Program-made: the position numbers and the translations under genes | The notes under the pieces: model-generated | Told to the model about the DNA's origin: nothing | Databases searched by the model: none | The model's input: only the letters and a program-made list of their open reading frames with translations | Origin: a bacterium | Lineage (GTDB): Bacteria; Cyanobacteriota; Vampirovibrionia; Gastranaerophilales; JBAXKC01 | Length of the DNA: 64,000 bases | Reading direction: 5' to 3' | Assembly (NCBI GenBank): GCA_037137535.1 | Contig: JBAXKC010000001.1 | Coordinates: 280,584-344,583 of the forward strand | Part shown: positions 17,224-28,695 of the stretch, one piece after another | How the letters are laid out: each line of letters opens with the position of its first letter | Position numbering within the stretch: position 1 is the stretch's first letter

Positions 17224-19377
17224 TTATTTTTTTAACAGTTCTAAACCTATTCTTTTTAATTCCTTATCAACGGTTAAAACCTTTACTTTAACGCTATCTC
17301 CAGCTGATACGATTTCATGAGGGCTTTTAATGTAGGTTTTACCCATGTTTGAAATGTGAATTAATCCGTCCTGATGAACACCTATATCAACGAATGCCCC
17401 GAAGTTGGTTACATTTGTTATACTTCCATCAAGTTCCATACCTTCGATAAGATCTTTAATTTCATTTATATCATTACTGAATTCAACTGACTTAAAGTCT
17501 TCTCTAGGGTCTAATCCCGGTTTTTTAAGCTCTTTAACAATGTCTTGAAGGGTTGGAAGTCCAATTTCTTCGGTGATATATTCTTTTAAACTTATTCCTT
17601 CAATTAACTCAACGTTTCCTATAAGGTTTTTAACATCAGTTTTAAGGTCTTTAGCCATTTTTTGAACTATTTTATAGCTTTCAGGGTGTATGCCTGAATT
17701 ATCAAGAGGGTTTTCACTTTCTCTTATTCTTAAAAAGCCTGCACATTGTTCAAAAGCCTTGTTTCCAAGTTTTGGGACTTTTATTATTTCTTTTCTTTGT
17801 TTAAAAGAACCATTTTGAGCCCTGTATTCAACTATATTTTTTGCAATTGCTTTTCCGATACCTGAAACATGTGAAAGCAATTGAGCTGAAGCTGTGTTTA
17901 ATTCAACTCCTACAAAGTTTACGGCTGATTCTACCGATAAATCAAGAGATTTTTTAAGATCACTTTGATTTACATCATGCTGATATTGACCGACACCTAT
18001 AGACTTAGGGTCGATTTTAACCAATTCTGCTAAAGGATCTTGAAGCCTTCTTGCAATGCTTATCGCTCCTCTTACAGTAACATCAAGATCAGGAAATTCT
18101 TCTATCGCTACATCAGATGCAGAGTACACTGAAGCGCCTGCTTCATTCACTACAATAGATTTAATATTTTCAATATTATTTTTTTTGAGAACGTTATTTA
18201 TAAACTGACTACTTTCTTTTGAAGCCGTACCATTTCCAATAGAAATAAGCTCAATATCATATTCTTTAATAAATCTTAAAACAGTTCTTTCGGCTTGAGC
18301 AACATTTTTTTGCGGCTCATGTGGGAATATAGCTTCATATTCTTTAAAGTTACCGTTTTTATCTATAATTGCAACCTTACAACCTGTTCTAAAGCCAGGA
18401 TCAACACCCATAATCATTTTATGCCCTGCAGGTGGAGAAAGAAGAAGATTTTTAAGATTTTTTGAAAATACATTTATAGCTTCTTTTTCAGCTTCTTCAT
18501 TTTTTGAATTAATAACCTCAGTTTCAATTGAGGGGAATATTAATCTATCAAAACAATCTTCGATTGCATCAAGAATATCTTCATAAAAAAGACTTTTATA
18601 CTGCTTGATAACCTTAGAATCAATATATTCAAGTGCTCTTTCATCATCTAAAGTTATTTTATAGCTCAATACATTTTCTTTTGCACCTCTTTTGATTGCC
18701 AGAAAACGATGTGAAGGGATTTTTTTAATTGGTTCATTAAAATCATAGTAATTTTCAAACTTAGACTTTTTACCTTCCCATTCTTTTTTAACTTTAGAGA
18801 CAAGAAGACCTGTATTAAAGGTTAAATTACGCAAATATCCTCTTATTTCAGCATTATCAGCAATACTTTCAGCTATAATGTCTTGTGCGCCTTTAAGTGC
18901 CTCTTGTGCAGTTTTAACACCTTTTTCAACATCTACATATTTATTTAATATTGTTTCTTTTGATTCATTTGTTTTTGATTGTTCTATAATAAAGTCCGCA
19001 AGCGGTTCAAGTCCTTTTTCTCTTGCGATTTGGGCTTTTGTACGTTTTTTAGGCTTATAAGGTAAATATAAATCTTCAAGTTTTTGTTTTTCGGTACAAT
19101 CTTCTATTTCCTTTTGAAGATCAGGCGTAATTTTACCTAATTCTATAATAGTTTTAAGAACAGTTTCTTTACGTTTTTGTAATTCTTTATAATATTCTAA
19201 TCTTTCAGAGACTTGCTTAACCTTTATTTCGTCAAGCTCGCCTGTTTTTTCTTTTCTATATCTTGAGATAAAAGGAATGGTAGCTCCTTCTTCAAATAAT
19301 TCAACCGTATTTTCAACTTGCCAGTTTTTTACGCCTAATTCTTTTGTTATTTGTTCAGTTATAAAATTGCCGCCCAT
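17224..19377 (-). CDS. tex: Tex family RNA-binding transcriptional accessory protein
   Basis: GATIPFISRYRKEKTG, DPGFRTGCK, DPKSIGVGQYQHD, C-terminal S1 domain. Confidence 0.97.
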   Translation of the reverse strand: MGGNFITEQITKELGVKNWQVENTVELFEEGATIPFISRYRKEKTGELDEIKVKQVSERLEYYKELQKRKETVLKTIIELGKITPDLQKEIEDCTEKQKLEDLYLPYKPKKRTKAQIAREKGLEPLADFIIEQSKTNESKETILNKYVDVEKGVKTAQEALKGAQDIIAESIADNAEIRGYLRNLTFNTGLLVSKVKKEWEGKKSKFENYYDFNEPIKKIPSHRFLAIKRGAKENVLSYKITLDDERALEYIDSKVIKQYKSLFYEDILDAIEDCFDRLIFPSIETEVINSKNEEAEKEAINVFSKNLKNLLLSPPAGHKMIMGVDPGFRTGCKVAIIDKNGNFKEYEAIFPHEPQKNVAQAERTVLRFIKEYDIELISIGNGTASKESSQFINNVLKKNNIENIKSIVVNEAGASVYSASDVAIEEFPDLDVTVRGAISIARRLQDPLAELVKIDPKSIGVGQYQHDVNQSDLKKSLDLSVESAVNFVGVELNTASAQLLSHVSGIGKAIAKNIVEYRAQNGSFKQRKEIIKVPKLGNKAFEQCAGFLRIRESENPLDNSGIHPESYKIVQKMAKDLKTDVKNLIGNVELIEGISLKEYITEEIGLPTLQDIVKELKKPGLDPREDFKSVEFSNDINEIKDLIEGMELDGSITNVTNFGAFVDIGVHQDGLIHISNMGKTYIKSPHEIVSAGDSVKVKVLTVDKELKRIGLELLKK

Positions 19378-19454
19378 TATTTTCCCCTCTTTAGATATAA
19401 AGGGAGTATACCATAAACAAGGGATAATATTAAAACCCAGCGATTTTTACGCAC

Positions 19455-19479
19455 AAAAAAGGAGCTTATCGCTCCTTTT
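19455..19479 (-). terminator. Rho-independent terminator of T1SS operon
   Basis: aaaaggagc-ttatc-gctcctttt. Confidence 0.8.
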
Positions 19480-19490
19480 AAGGTTATGTT

Positions 19491-20810
19491 TTATCTTACA
19501 CTCATACCTTCGTTAAGATATTTAATTAGAGGATAGATAAAGAACTCAATAATTCTACGTTTTCCTGTTTTAATTTCGGCGGTAAGACTCATACCGGAGG
19601 AAATACCCATTCTTTTTCCTTCAACTTTAAATTCTTTTTTCTCAGGAACGATATAAACCTCATAAACAGGGCCTAATGTCTTATCATCAATACTATCTTT
19701 TGCTATTTGAGTAACTTTTCCACCTAAAAGGCCATATTTTTGGAAGTCAAAAGTATCAACTTTAATACTTACGTCCATGTTTTTACGAATAAACCCTATA
19801 TCCTTGTTTAAAACAGTTGCTTTAATTAATAAAGGTGAATTACTGGGATACATTGAGATTAATTTCTGTGCAGGTGTTACAACACCGCCTTTTGTATGAA
19901 CAAAAAGCTCATTAATATAACCATCATCAGGAGCAGTAAGAACTTGTTTTTTATTTCTATATGCAGATTGATCTAATTGAGCTTTTAACTGAATCGATTG
20001 TTTTGTCTTATCTGCAAGTTCTTTTAATAACTCCGAACGGAAATTTTGACGAAGATAGCCCATTTCTTGAACAATTTGTCTTTTTTGCTGACTTAATTCC
20101 GATACTTTATAATTTGAACTTTGTATATTTGCCGTATTAGTTGTAATCTCATCAGCAACCTTGTCATAATCATCTTTAGGAATAATATCAATAATCGGCT
20201 TTAATCGTTTTTCTTTTGAACTGGCCGTCCCTAAAAGTTTTCTATATTGATATTTTTGAGAAACAGCAGTTCTTATTTGCTCGTCTGTTTTACTTAATTC
20301 AGTATGTTTAGCGGCAAGTTGACTGCTTATACTTTCCCTTAAGGAGTTATAAACATCTTCCTGTTCGATAATATCATTTAAATCATATTTTTTAAATGAT
20401 GGAGTAAATGCTCTACCCTCTGTAAGTGCTTTTAGTCTTTCAATTTCAAGAGAGATATATTTGTAGCTTTTTTCAAGCGATGTAAGTTCTGTTTTTGTTG
20501 TAGAAGGATCAATATCAATAACAGGTTGACCTTTTTTTACAAAATCGCCTTCTCTTACATGAATAGTTCCAACTACACCTGAATCAAGCGGCTGTATTAC
20601 CTTTATTTCACCGTCAGGAATTACTTTACCTCTGGCACTAACAACAATATCAATTTGCCCTACAGACGTCCAGATTATAAAGAAAAATATTATAGTTACA
20701 ACAATCCAAAAGACAAAACGACCTAATGGACTGACGGGTTCATCCTCTATTTCAGCAATAGCGGGTTTGAATTGATAGCTGTCATCTTTTGAAAAGATTT
20801 TTTTTAACAT
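19491..20810 (-). CDS. HlyD-family type I secretion membrane fusion protein
   Basis: N-terminal TM, coiled coil, GMSLTAEIKTGKRRIIEFFIYP C-terminus. Confidence 0.95.
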   Translation of the reverse strand: MLKKIFSKDDSYQFKPAIAEIEDEPVSPLGRFVFWIVVTIIFFFIIWTSVGQIDIVVSARGKVIPDGEIKVIQPLDSGVVGTIHVREGDFVKKGQPVIDIDPSTTKTELTSLEKSYKYISLEIERLKALTEGRAFTPSFKKYDLNDIIEQEDVYNSLRESISSQLAAKHTELSKTDEQIRTAVSQKYQYRKLLGTASSKEKRLKPIIDIIPKDDYDKVADEITTNTANIQSSNYKVSELSQQKRQIVQEMGYLRQNFRSELLKELADKTKQSIQLKAQLDQSAYRNKKQVLTAPDDGYINELFVHTKGGVVTPAQKLISMYPSNSPLLIKATVLNKDIGFIRKNMDVSIKVDTFDFQKYGLLGGKVTQIAKDSIDDKTLGPVYEVYIVPEKKEFKVEGKRMGISSGMSLTAEIKTGKRRIIEFFIYPLIKYLNEGMSVR

Positions 20811-22912
20811 TCATCGCTCTCCTGCTGGGTATAAAGATGATGGTAATAACCTTGGGCTTTCAGTAACTCATCATGAGAACCAGCTTCTATAATTTTACCT
20901 TTATCCATTGCGATAATAATATCACAATCTTTGACGGTAAACAGTCTATGCGCAATTATCAGAGTAGTTCTACCTTTTTTAATTCGGCTCATATTATTTT
21001 GAATAATTTTTTCAGATTCATAATCCAGTGCTGAGGTTGCCTCATCAAAAATCAATATCTTAGGGTTAGTAATAATAGCTCTTGCAATTGCAACTCTTTG
21101 ACGTTGTCCACCGGAAAGAGTTGAACCTCTTTCTCCTACAAGTGTATCATATCCTTCAGGCAATTGCGAAATAAACTCATGAGCTCCTGCGATTCTTGCA
21201 GCCTCAATAATTACTTCCATAGGTGCTCCCGGACGAGCTAATGAAATATTTTCTCTTATAGTTCCGCTGAACAGGTAATTATCTTGTAACACAATTCCCA
21301 TGTTATTTCTTAACCATAAAGGGTTCATATGCTTAATATCTACGTCGTCAACATAGATAGCACCTTCATTTGTAAGATAAAGTCTTTGAATTAACTTAGT
21401 AACAGTACTTTTACCGCTACCACTTCTTCCTACAAGACCAACGGACATACCGGGCTGTACGGTAAAGCAAACTCTATCAAGGATATAAGGGGAACTCATA
21501 TTGTATTTAAAACATACATTATCAAAACGAATGGATCCCTTAACATCATGGAGGGTAATTGCTTTATCCGTTTGAATTTCCACAGGGTTATTTAAAATAT
21601 CACCAAGTCTATCAACTGCAAGTAACGTTTGTTGAAATTCATTCCATAAGTTTACAAGCCTTAAAACAGGGTTAGTAAACTGATTCGCAAACATTTGAAA
21701 TGCGATTAACTGACCGATTGTTAATTTATTCTCGATAACAAGCCTTACACCTATGTAAAGTACGAAAATAGTCATTAATTTTTGCAATCCACTTGAAGTA
21801 GCACCTGTTACAGTTGCCATATTAGAAAGATTGAAACTTGATCTTACATAGTTTGAAAGATAATCTTCCCATTTCTTTTGCATAGTTCCTTCTATGGATA
21901 GAGATTTAATGGTTTGAATACCTGTTACAGACTCAACAAGATAAGAATTTGATTGAGCTGCCATTTGAAACTTATCATTAAGTCTTTTTCTAAGTTCAGG
22001 TGTAATAGTTACATAAATTACAGCGACCATAGAAATAAATGCTAATACGATAAATGTAAGTTTAACGCTGTACAAGAACATTACCGCAACAAAAACAAGT
22101 GAGAAAAATAAATCAATAATTAGAGAAACTGACTTGTTTGTAATAAATTCCCTGATAGAATCAAGCTCTCGAACTCTTGCGATAATATTTCCTACTTTTC
22201 TGTTTTCAAAATATACAAATGGAAGCGAGAATAAGTGCTTGAAAAGTTTTGCTCCTAATTTCGCATCAATTTTATTTGAAGTATGTATGAAAATATAATT
22301 TCTGGAAAGATTTAATAGGAATTCAAAAACGGTTACAGCAACGAAAGCAACTGCAAGCACATCAAGTGTTGTCAAACTGCGATGTACAATAACTTTATCG
22401 AGAATTACCTGAGTGAACAATGGTGTTATAAGTCCAAAAAGCTGAACAATAAAAGAACCTAACAATACTTCAGCTATAACTGTTTTATAGCGCATAATTT
22501 CATTATAAAACCAGATGAAACCAAAAGTGATCTTAGCTTGATTAACCTTTGGCTTTAATATAATAAAACGACCAGAACCTTCTTCGGCTAAAGCTTGAAA
22601 GGTTAACTCTTTTGATATTCTTTCAATAGTGTCAAAAATAAGAACCTTTTTATGCTCACTATTCAAACTTAAAATAATTTTATAATTTTTTTCTTTAGTT
22701 ATATAAATAGCAGGTAATGGATATTTTTCCAGCTGTTCCATAGTAATAGATTTGAACTTAGCTTTAAATCCATTATTTTGCATTATTCTAAGTAAATCGT
22801 AGTCAAGAATCTCGTTTTCATTTAAGCCATATTCTTTTATAATGGCTTGAATGTCGACATCAATTTGATTTATTCTTGCAACAACTTCAAAAGCTATTAG
22901 CCCAGTTTGCAT
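20804..22912 (-). CDS. HlyB-family type I secretion ABC transporter with C39-like domain
   Basis: GRSGSGKST Walker A, LSGGQRQR, DEATSALD; PLFTQVILDKV TMD. Confidence 0.95.
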   Translation of the reverse strand: MQTGLIAFEVVARINQIDVDIQAIIKEYGLNENEILDYDLLRIMQNNGFKAKFKSITMEQLEKYPLPAIYITKEKNYKIILSLNSEHKKVLIFDTIERISKELTFQALAEEGSGRFIILKPKVNQAKITFGFIWFYNEIMRYKTVIAEVLLGSFIVQLFGLITPLFTQVILDKVIVHRSLTTLDVLAVAFVAVTVFEFLLNLSRNYIFIHTSNKIDAKLGAKLFKHLFSLPFVYFENRKVGNIIARVRELDSIREFITNKSVSLIIDLFFSLVFVAVMFLYSVKLTFIVLAFISMVAVIYVTITPELRKRLNDKFQMAAQSNSYLVESVTGIQTIKSLSIEGTMQKKWEDYLSNYVRSSFNLSNMATVTGATSSGLQKLMTIFVLYIGVRLVIENKLTIGQLIAFQMFANQFTNPVLRLVNLWNEFQQTLLAVDRLGDILNNPVEIQTDKAITLHDVKGSIRFDNVCFKYNMSSPYILDRVCFTVQPGMSVGLVGRSGSGKSTVTKLIQRLYLTNEGAIYVDDVDIKHMNPLWLRNNMGIVLQDNYLFSGTIRENISLARPGAPMEVIIEAARIAGAHEFISQLPEGYDTLVGERGSTLSGGQRQRVAIARAIITNPKILIFDEATSALDYESEKIIQNNMSRIKKGRTTLIIAHRLFTVKDCDIIIAMDKGKIIEAGSHDELLKAQGYYHHLYTQQESDEC

Positions 22913-23007
22913 CTTTTACCCTTTAAATAACTTGTAGTAGATAGATTATAGCTATAAATTTGTTTTTTGCAAATCAACCTACAAGAGGAGTTATTTACAA
23001 AATTAAT

Positions 23008-24318
23008 TTATAACGTCTGAGCAAGAGCCTGAATTTTCTTAGCAGCTGCAACTTTTCTTATAATAGATTCTTCCAACTGTGATTTTAAATCTAATAATTC
23101 TGTCTCAATTTGGAATAATAATTCTTTTTCAACCATATTTTCACCGGAAAGTCTTTCAATCATAGAAAGTTTTTGATTAACATTTCCTAATAACTGTTGC
23201 TTACCTTTTAATTCTGCATCCATTGTAAAATAATCAACTTGTATGGATTTTAATTGATTTTTATATTGAGCAACTTTTTTGTTTTTTTCATTTTCAAGCT
23301 TTGCCAATTCAAGTCTTAATTTTTTTACATCATTCATATTTTCAAATCCATCAAATAAAGTCATTTGAGTGGAAAAGCCAAAGTTTAATGCTCTTTGTCT
23401 AATATTTTCAAGAGATTTCATGTAATTATTTTTATCATCTCCATAAAGGTTATATGAAGAGAATAATTGAAACTGAGGTAAGTATTTTTTCTTTGCAATT
23501 TCAATTTCATCCTTTTTTTTGTTTATTTCTAATTGAGCTTGTTGAAATTCAGGGGTTTTTTCCAAATTAACTACTGTAGTGGAAATATCAGGAATTTCTG
23601 CATAATCTTCAAGTTTTGTACTATCATTATACTCTTCATTTGTATAAAAAGACAATTTGTTTAAAGTGTTTTGTAATTTTGCCTGTTCTTTATTTATTTC
23701 ATCAATAGTTTTTGCCATATTAATAGCTGAGTCAGTAAGATCAATTTTTGAGATTTTACCTGCATTATATAGTTTTTCTTTTATTTTAAAAAGACCATTA
23801 TATGAGTTTAAAACAGCTTTTTTAGACGTAATAGTTTTATATGAAGACAAAGCTTCTGTATAAATATCAATTATATTTACGGTTAAATCTCTCTTTGTTT
23901 TAAATGCCTCAATACTTTTAATGGTCATATCCTTTTTAGCCATATTTAACTTACCTTTTCGTTGACCAAAATCATAAAGGTCATAATTCAAGCCTAAATA
24001 AGCTAAGTTTTGATATTGGATAGTACCAATAGTAGTCTGACCAACCGAAATTACACTGGCATTCTGACCTTGCAAATTTTTAGAATATTGGGAATTAAAT
24101 CCTGTTTGCAGTTTAGGGAAATAAGAGGACTTTGCCTTACCTATTTCCGCTTTGCTTATTCCGATATCCAGCTTAGCAGCTTTAATATCAAAAGAATTAC
24201 AGATGGCTTTGTCCAAAGTCTGCTCAAAACTTATTGACTCTGCCATCGTTGAATTTTGGCACAGACAATAAACTAAACCTATTATAAATGAGACAACCCC
24301 AGCCTTGAACTTTTTCAT
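23008..24318 (-). CDS. TolC-family outer membrane efflux protein
   Basis: Signal peptide; duplicated YFP.L / YLP.F and LYDFG / LFDGF motifs. Confidence 0.88.
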   Translation of the reverse strand: MKKFKAGVVSFIIGLVYCLCQNSTMAESISFEQTLDKAICNSFDIKAAKLDIGISKAEIGKAKSSYFPKLQTGFNSQYSKNLQGQNASVISVGQTTIGTIQYQNLAYLGLNYDLYDFGQRKGKLNMAKKDMTIKSIEAFKTKRDLTVNIIDIYTEALSSYKTITSKKAVLNSYNGLFKIKEKLYNAGKISKIDLTDSAINMAKTIDEINKEQAKLQNTLNKLSFYTNEEYNDSTKLEDYAEIPDISTTVVNLEKTPEFQQAQLEINKKKDEIEIAKKKYLPQFQLFSSYNLYGDDKNNYMKSLENIRQRALNFGFSTQMTLFDGFENMNDVKKLRLELAKLENEKNKKVAQYKNQLKSIQVDYFTMDAELKGKQQLLGNVNQKLSMIERLSGENMVEKELLFQIETELLDLKSQLEESIIRKVAAAKKIQALAQTL

Positions 24319-24532
24319 CTTAATTTCAGATCACACGATTATGGATACTAAACATATATTTGACTAAATATACCGAATTTTCAAGTAAATAAATGTATAT
24401 ATATTTAATGATAAGAATTAAAAAATACTTGACATATATTCAAATATTACTAAATATTTGCAGGCATTATATTTTTATGACAAAAAGCTCACTATTTTAA
24501 TGATAGTGAGCCTTTAAGTATTTTTATATTAA

Positions 24533-25567
24533 TTAAGTTGAGAATAACAAAAGAGAATAAGTTTCTATTATTGCTTTACCAAAAAACATTGCTATTATTG
24601 CCCCAAAAACAAGAGCCGGCCCGAATGGCAAAAATGTAAAACTTTGACGTTTTTTTGCTCCTTCAATAATGACTATTGCACCAATACCCGCAAGGAATAA
24701 AGCCACTAACATTGTTAATAACGCACCGATAGTAGTATTTGAAATACCCAGTAATTTACTTAAAGAAGGAATAGCAAGAGAAAATAACATTAACGAGGTA
24801 TAAGCAATTGATTTATAATCTTTATCCTTATACATATTAATTACAATGATTGGAATACCGACTATAACCTGAAAAATCAAGCTCAATGCAACAATTAAAA
24901 ATAATTGTTTAACTCCAAACCAAGCACCAAGTCCTGCCGCTAAAACAGTATCACCTTCGCCAAATGCTCTTTCTCCGACAAATATTTTTCCCAGTCTGGA
25001 AATAACTTCAAATAAAGCCGCTCCGACTATTGCTCCTAAAACTGAATAAAGAAAGGCTTCTGGCATAAATCCAAATACTGGAACACCAATAGATCCAGAA
25101 CCATACCCTCCGATGTCAAAGAAACTATAAAGCAAACCCAATGGGATTAATGGAATTGATACAGCATCATAAATCAACTGTTCTTTTAAATCGGTAACTG
25201 TAATTACAATTAATCCTGCGGTAAGAATCATTAAGAATAAGGTTTTTAATGACATTCCAAAACTGAGGTATAAAAGTATAAATAATAAACAGGAAGCACC
25301 TTCAACCAATGGATACTGTATACTAATTTTTGCTTTACAATGCCTGCATTTAGCTTTCAAAAGAATATAGCTTAATATTGGGACATTATCATACCATGCA
25401 ATTTTAGTATGACATTTAGGACATTCTGATCTTGGCCTCGCCATGCTTTCACCTGATAAAAGCCTTAATGCTACAACATTTAAGAAACTTCCGATTATTA
25501 AACCTAAAAAACCGGCAACAAAAACGAAATAGGATTGGCTAAAAATATTAAAAACTTCTTCTGTCAA
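24533..25567 (-). CDS. pilD: Prepilin peptidase / N-methyltransferase (A24A)
   Basis: GSFLNVVALRL, CPKC...WYDNVPILSY...CRHC, catalytic Asp motifs TDLKEQLI and GEGD, LPFGPAL. Confidence 0.93.
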   Translation of the reverse strand: MTEEVFNIFSQSYFVFVAGFLGLIIGSFLNVVALRLLSGESMARPRSECPKCHTKIAWYDNVPILSYILLKAKCRHCKAKISIQYPLVEGASCLLFILLYLSFGMSLKTLFLMILTAGLIVITVTDLKEQLIYDAVSIPLIPLGLLYSFFDIGGYGSGSIGVPVFGFMPEAFLYSVLGAIVGAALFEVISRLGKIFVGERAFGEGDTVLAAGLGAWFGVKQLFLIVALSLIFQVIVGIPIIVINMYKDKDYKSIAYTSLMLFSLAIPSLSKLLGISNTTIGALLTMLVALFLAGIGAIVIIEGAKKRQSFTFLPFGPALVFGAIIAMFFGKAIIETYSLLLFST

Positions 25568-25590
25568 TTTTATATCTCCTATGAAATTAT

Positions 25591-26397
25591 TTATTTTTTA
25601 GTAGATTCCTTTTTTGTAGTTATTATTTTAAGTAATTCGCTTAATGCTTTTTTAAGCCTTCGACTAACTTGCATTTGCGATATACCTAATTGCTTTGCTA
25701 TTTCATTTTGACTTAGATCATTGAAATAGCTTAACTCTATTACTTCTTTTAAACCTTGGCTAAGATTATTTACAGCTTCTGCAAGCATTATTCTATCTTC
25801 CTGCGCCGTTAAAAAATCCTGATATTTATTATCTATAAGTTTATCTACAAGCGTTTGCTCATTCTCAATATTACCTGAAATTACTTGGTCAAGAGAAACA
25901 AGCTGTTTTCTCCTGTCAATTTCTATAACTTCATTAATTCTATTTATCGGCAATTGAACTTGCTCGGCAATTTCCATATCAGTCGGAGGTCTGCCATATT
26001 TTAAACTTAATTGCTGAATAATTTGATTAATTCTGAAAGAAAGCTCATGTAATTCTCTCGGAGCTCTTATCATAGTTGATTTATCTCTCAAATAATGCCT
26101 TATCTCACCTGTAATAAGATAAGTAGAATATGTTTTAAAACTTGCACCTGCATTTGCGTCATACTGCTCTATTGCTTTAAGCAATCCAAGACTACCCACT
26201 TGAATCAAATCTTCAATTGGGTCAGTATTTCTTCTGGCTAAGCCATGTGAAACTTTTTTCACAAATGGTAAGTAATAGCTTACGATAAGATCTCTTATCT
26301 GTAACTTTGTTTTTTTATCTTCAGCAGCTTTATACTCTTTTAGCCAAATATTTATATCATTTTGTGATGTAATCTCTTGAAGATTCACAGTACGCAT
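25591..26397 (-). CDS. SigB/SigF/SigG family RNA polymerase sigma factor
   Basis: EDLIQVGSLGLLKAIE, GEIRHYLRDK..IRAPR, SQNEIAKQLGISQMQVSR. Confidence 0.93.
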   Translation of the reverse strand: MRTVNLQEITSQNDINIWLKEYKAAEDKKTKLQIRDLIVSYYLPFVKKVSHGLARRNTDPIEDLIQVGSLGLLKAIEQYDANAGASFKTYSTYLITGEIRHYLRDKSTMIRAPRELHELSFRINQIIQQLSLKYGRPPTDMEIAEQVQLPINRINEVIEIDRRKQLVSLDQVISGNIENEQTLVDKLIDNKYQDFLTAQEDRIMLAEAVNNLSQGLKEVIELSYFNDLSQNEIAKQLGISQMQVSRRLKKALSELLKIITTKKESTKK

Positions 26398-26492
26398 TAT
26401 CCTTTACTTGGGAAATATTAAGGCTTTCTGATTATAACATATCATTGGAGGTCATTATAATATATTTTAGAAAATCATATTAGTTATGTATT

Positions 26493-26532
26493 AAAAAAAG
26501 ATGATCCCTGTTCAATACAGCGATCATCTTTT
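26493..26532 (-). terminator. Terminator of amtB-glnK
   Basis: aaaaagatgatc..gatcatcttttt hairpin. Confidence 0.8.
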
Positions 26533-26556
26533 TGTGACTTAGAGCTTTTTTATTTA

Positions 26557-26925
<369 letters not shown>

Positions 26926-26962
26926 TTAATTATACTACAGAAAAATAATGCCTAATCTTTAA

Positions 26963-28294
26963 TTAAAGGATATAGCCTCTTTCTCCATGCTGACTTAAAT
27001 CTAATCCTTCAACTTCTTCTTCTTCACTTACTCTTAATCCTGTTAACCAATCAATACTCTTTAATATTATTGCAGTCATTAAGAATGAATAAGCAATTGC
27101 AGCTCCTATACTGATAAGTTGAATCCATAGTAATGAAGGATTGCCAAAGAATAATCCATTTGCTCCAAGTGCATTAACTGCTTTAGAAGCAAAAAGACCA
27201 GTAGCAATAGCTCCCCAAACTCCGCCAACACCATGAACACCAACAGCATCTAAGGAGTCATCGTATTTGAATTTGTATTTTAAGCTAACTGCTGCATAAC
27301 ATAATACACCGGCCACAAGACCAATTAAAATAGCAGGCATTACTGAAACATAACCACATGCCGGAGTTATAGCTACAAGACCGGCTACTGCACCAGATGC
27401 AACACCTAATACAGTAGGTTTTCCATGATGTTTCCATTCAATAATAAACCATGAGATAGCTGCTGCAGCTGCAGCTATATGTGTAACAACTACTGAAGAA
27501 ACAGCCATTTGATTAGCACCAAGTGCGCTTCCACCATTAAATCCGAACCATCCAAACCATAATAAGGCTGTACCAAGTAAGGTAAGTCCTAAATTATGAG
27601 GAGGCATTGCATTTTGAGTAAAGCCTTTTCTTTTTCCAACCATAATTGCTGCGGCAAGAGCAGAAAAACCTGAACTGATATGAACTACAAGTCCACCGGC
27701 ATAATCAAGAGCGCCTAAATTTCTTATCCAGCCTCCAAGTCCCCATACCCAATGAGCAAGAGGGAAATAAACAAAAGTGCTCCATAATACTAAAAAGATT
27801 AAATAAGATTTAAACTTAAATCGTTCAGCAAATGCTCCTGAAATTAAAGCAGGTGTAATAGCTGCAAACATCATCTGAAAAAGCATAAACTCTTGATGAG
27901 GAATAGTTGCTGCATAATCTGCATTAGGCTGTAAACCGACATGTTTAAGTCCAAACCAACTTAAATTCCCTATAATATGACCTATATCAGGTCCAAATGA
28001 TAAACTATAGCCGTAAATAACCCATAATAGAGAAACTACGCCAAGAGAGACAAAACTCTGCATAATTGTGCCGAGAATGTTTTTTCTTCTGACCATACCA
28101 CCATAGTACAAGGCTAGTGCCGGTGTCATAAGCATTACTAAACCTATTGATACAAGCATCCATGCGGTATCACCCGTGTCAATGACTGCTTTTGTCGTTT
28201 CTGCTGCCATTGCACCAGATGTAAACATAAAAAACGAAATAATAAATACTGCTGAAAGGCTTATTGCTCTTTCAATCCACTTGCTCGCGGTCAT
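26963..28294 (-). CDS. amtB: Ammonium transporter
   Basis: FQMMFAAIT, DYAGGLVVH, WFGWFGFNGGS, DDSLDAVGVHG. Confidence 0.97.
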   Translation of the reverse strand: MTASKWIERAISLSAVFIISFFMFTSGAMAAETTKAVIDTGDTAWMLVSIGLVMLMTPALALYYGGMVRRKNILGTIMQSFVSLGVVSLLWVIYGYSLSFGPDIGHIIGNLSWFGLKHVGLQPNADYAATIPHQEFMLFQMMFAAITPALISGAFAERFKFKSYLIFLVLWSTFVYFPLAHWVWGLGGWIRNLGALDYAGGLVVHISSGFSALAAAIMVGKRKGFTQNAMPPHNLGLTLLGTALLWFGWFGFNGGSALGANQMAVSSVVVTHIAAAAAAISWFIIEWKHHGKPTVLGVASGAVAGLVAITPACGYVSVMPAILIGLVAGVLCYAAVSLKYKFKYDDSLDAVGVHGVGGVWGAIATGLFASKAVNALGANGLFFGNPSLLWIQLISIGAAIAYSFLMTAIILKSIDWLTGLRVSEEEEVEGLDLSQHGERGYIL

Positions 28295-28695
28295 AATGTC
28301 CTCCTGTTTTGCGAGTTTAAATTTTTCTACATGATCTCTTCTTTATTTTAATTATTATAGAGGAATTATTTAAAAATGAAATTTTCTCATTTCCCAAAAT
28401 AGTTTTATGCTAAACAGAAATGACTATTTTTTTTGTAATAAACTTAAGTTTTGAAAATAAATAATAATAGTTTTAGATTCAAGAAATAGTGATTTTTTTC
28501 TTTATTCATCAAATTTTCAAAATAATTTAATATAAAAAAAATATTAAACTATATAAACTGCAACCCTCTAGTTAACAAAACTTAATATTTTGTATGTATT
28601 TATAAATTTGTTTATCTCATAATAGGTTTTGCAGTTAAAACATAGCTTTAAAAATACTATAAATTAATAAAAATCGTATAGAGTAGGAGAAAACT

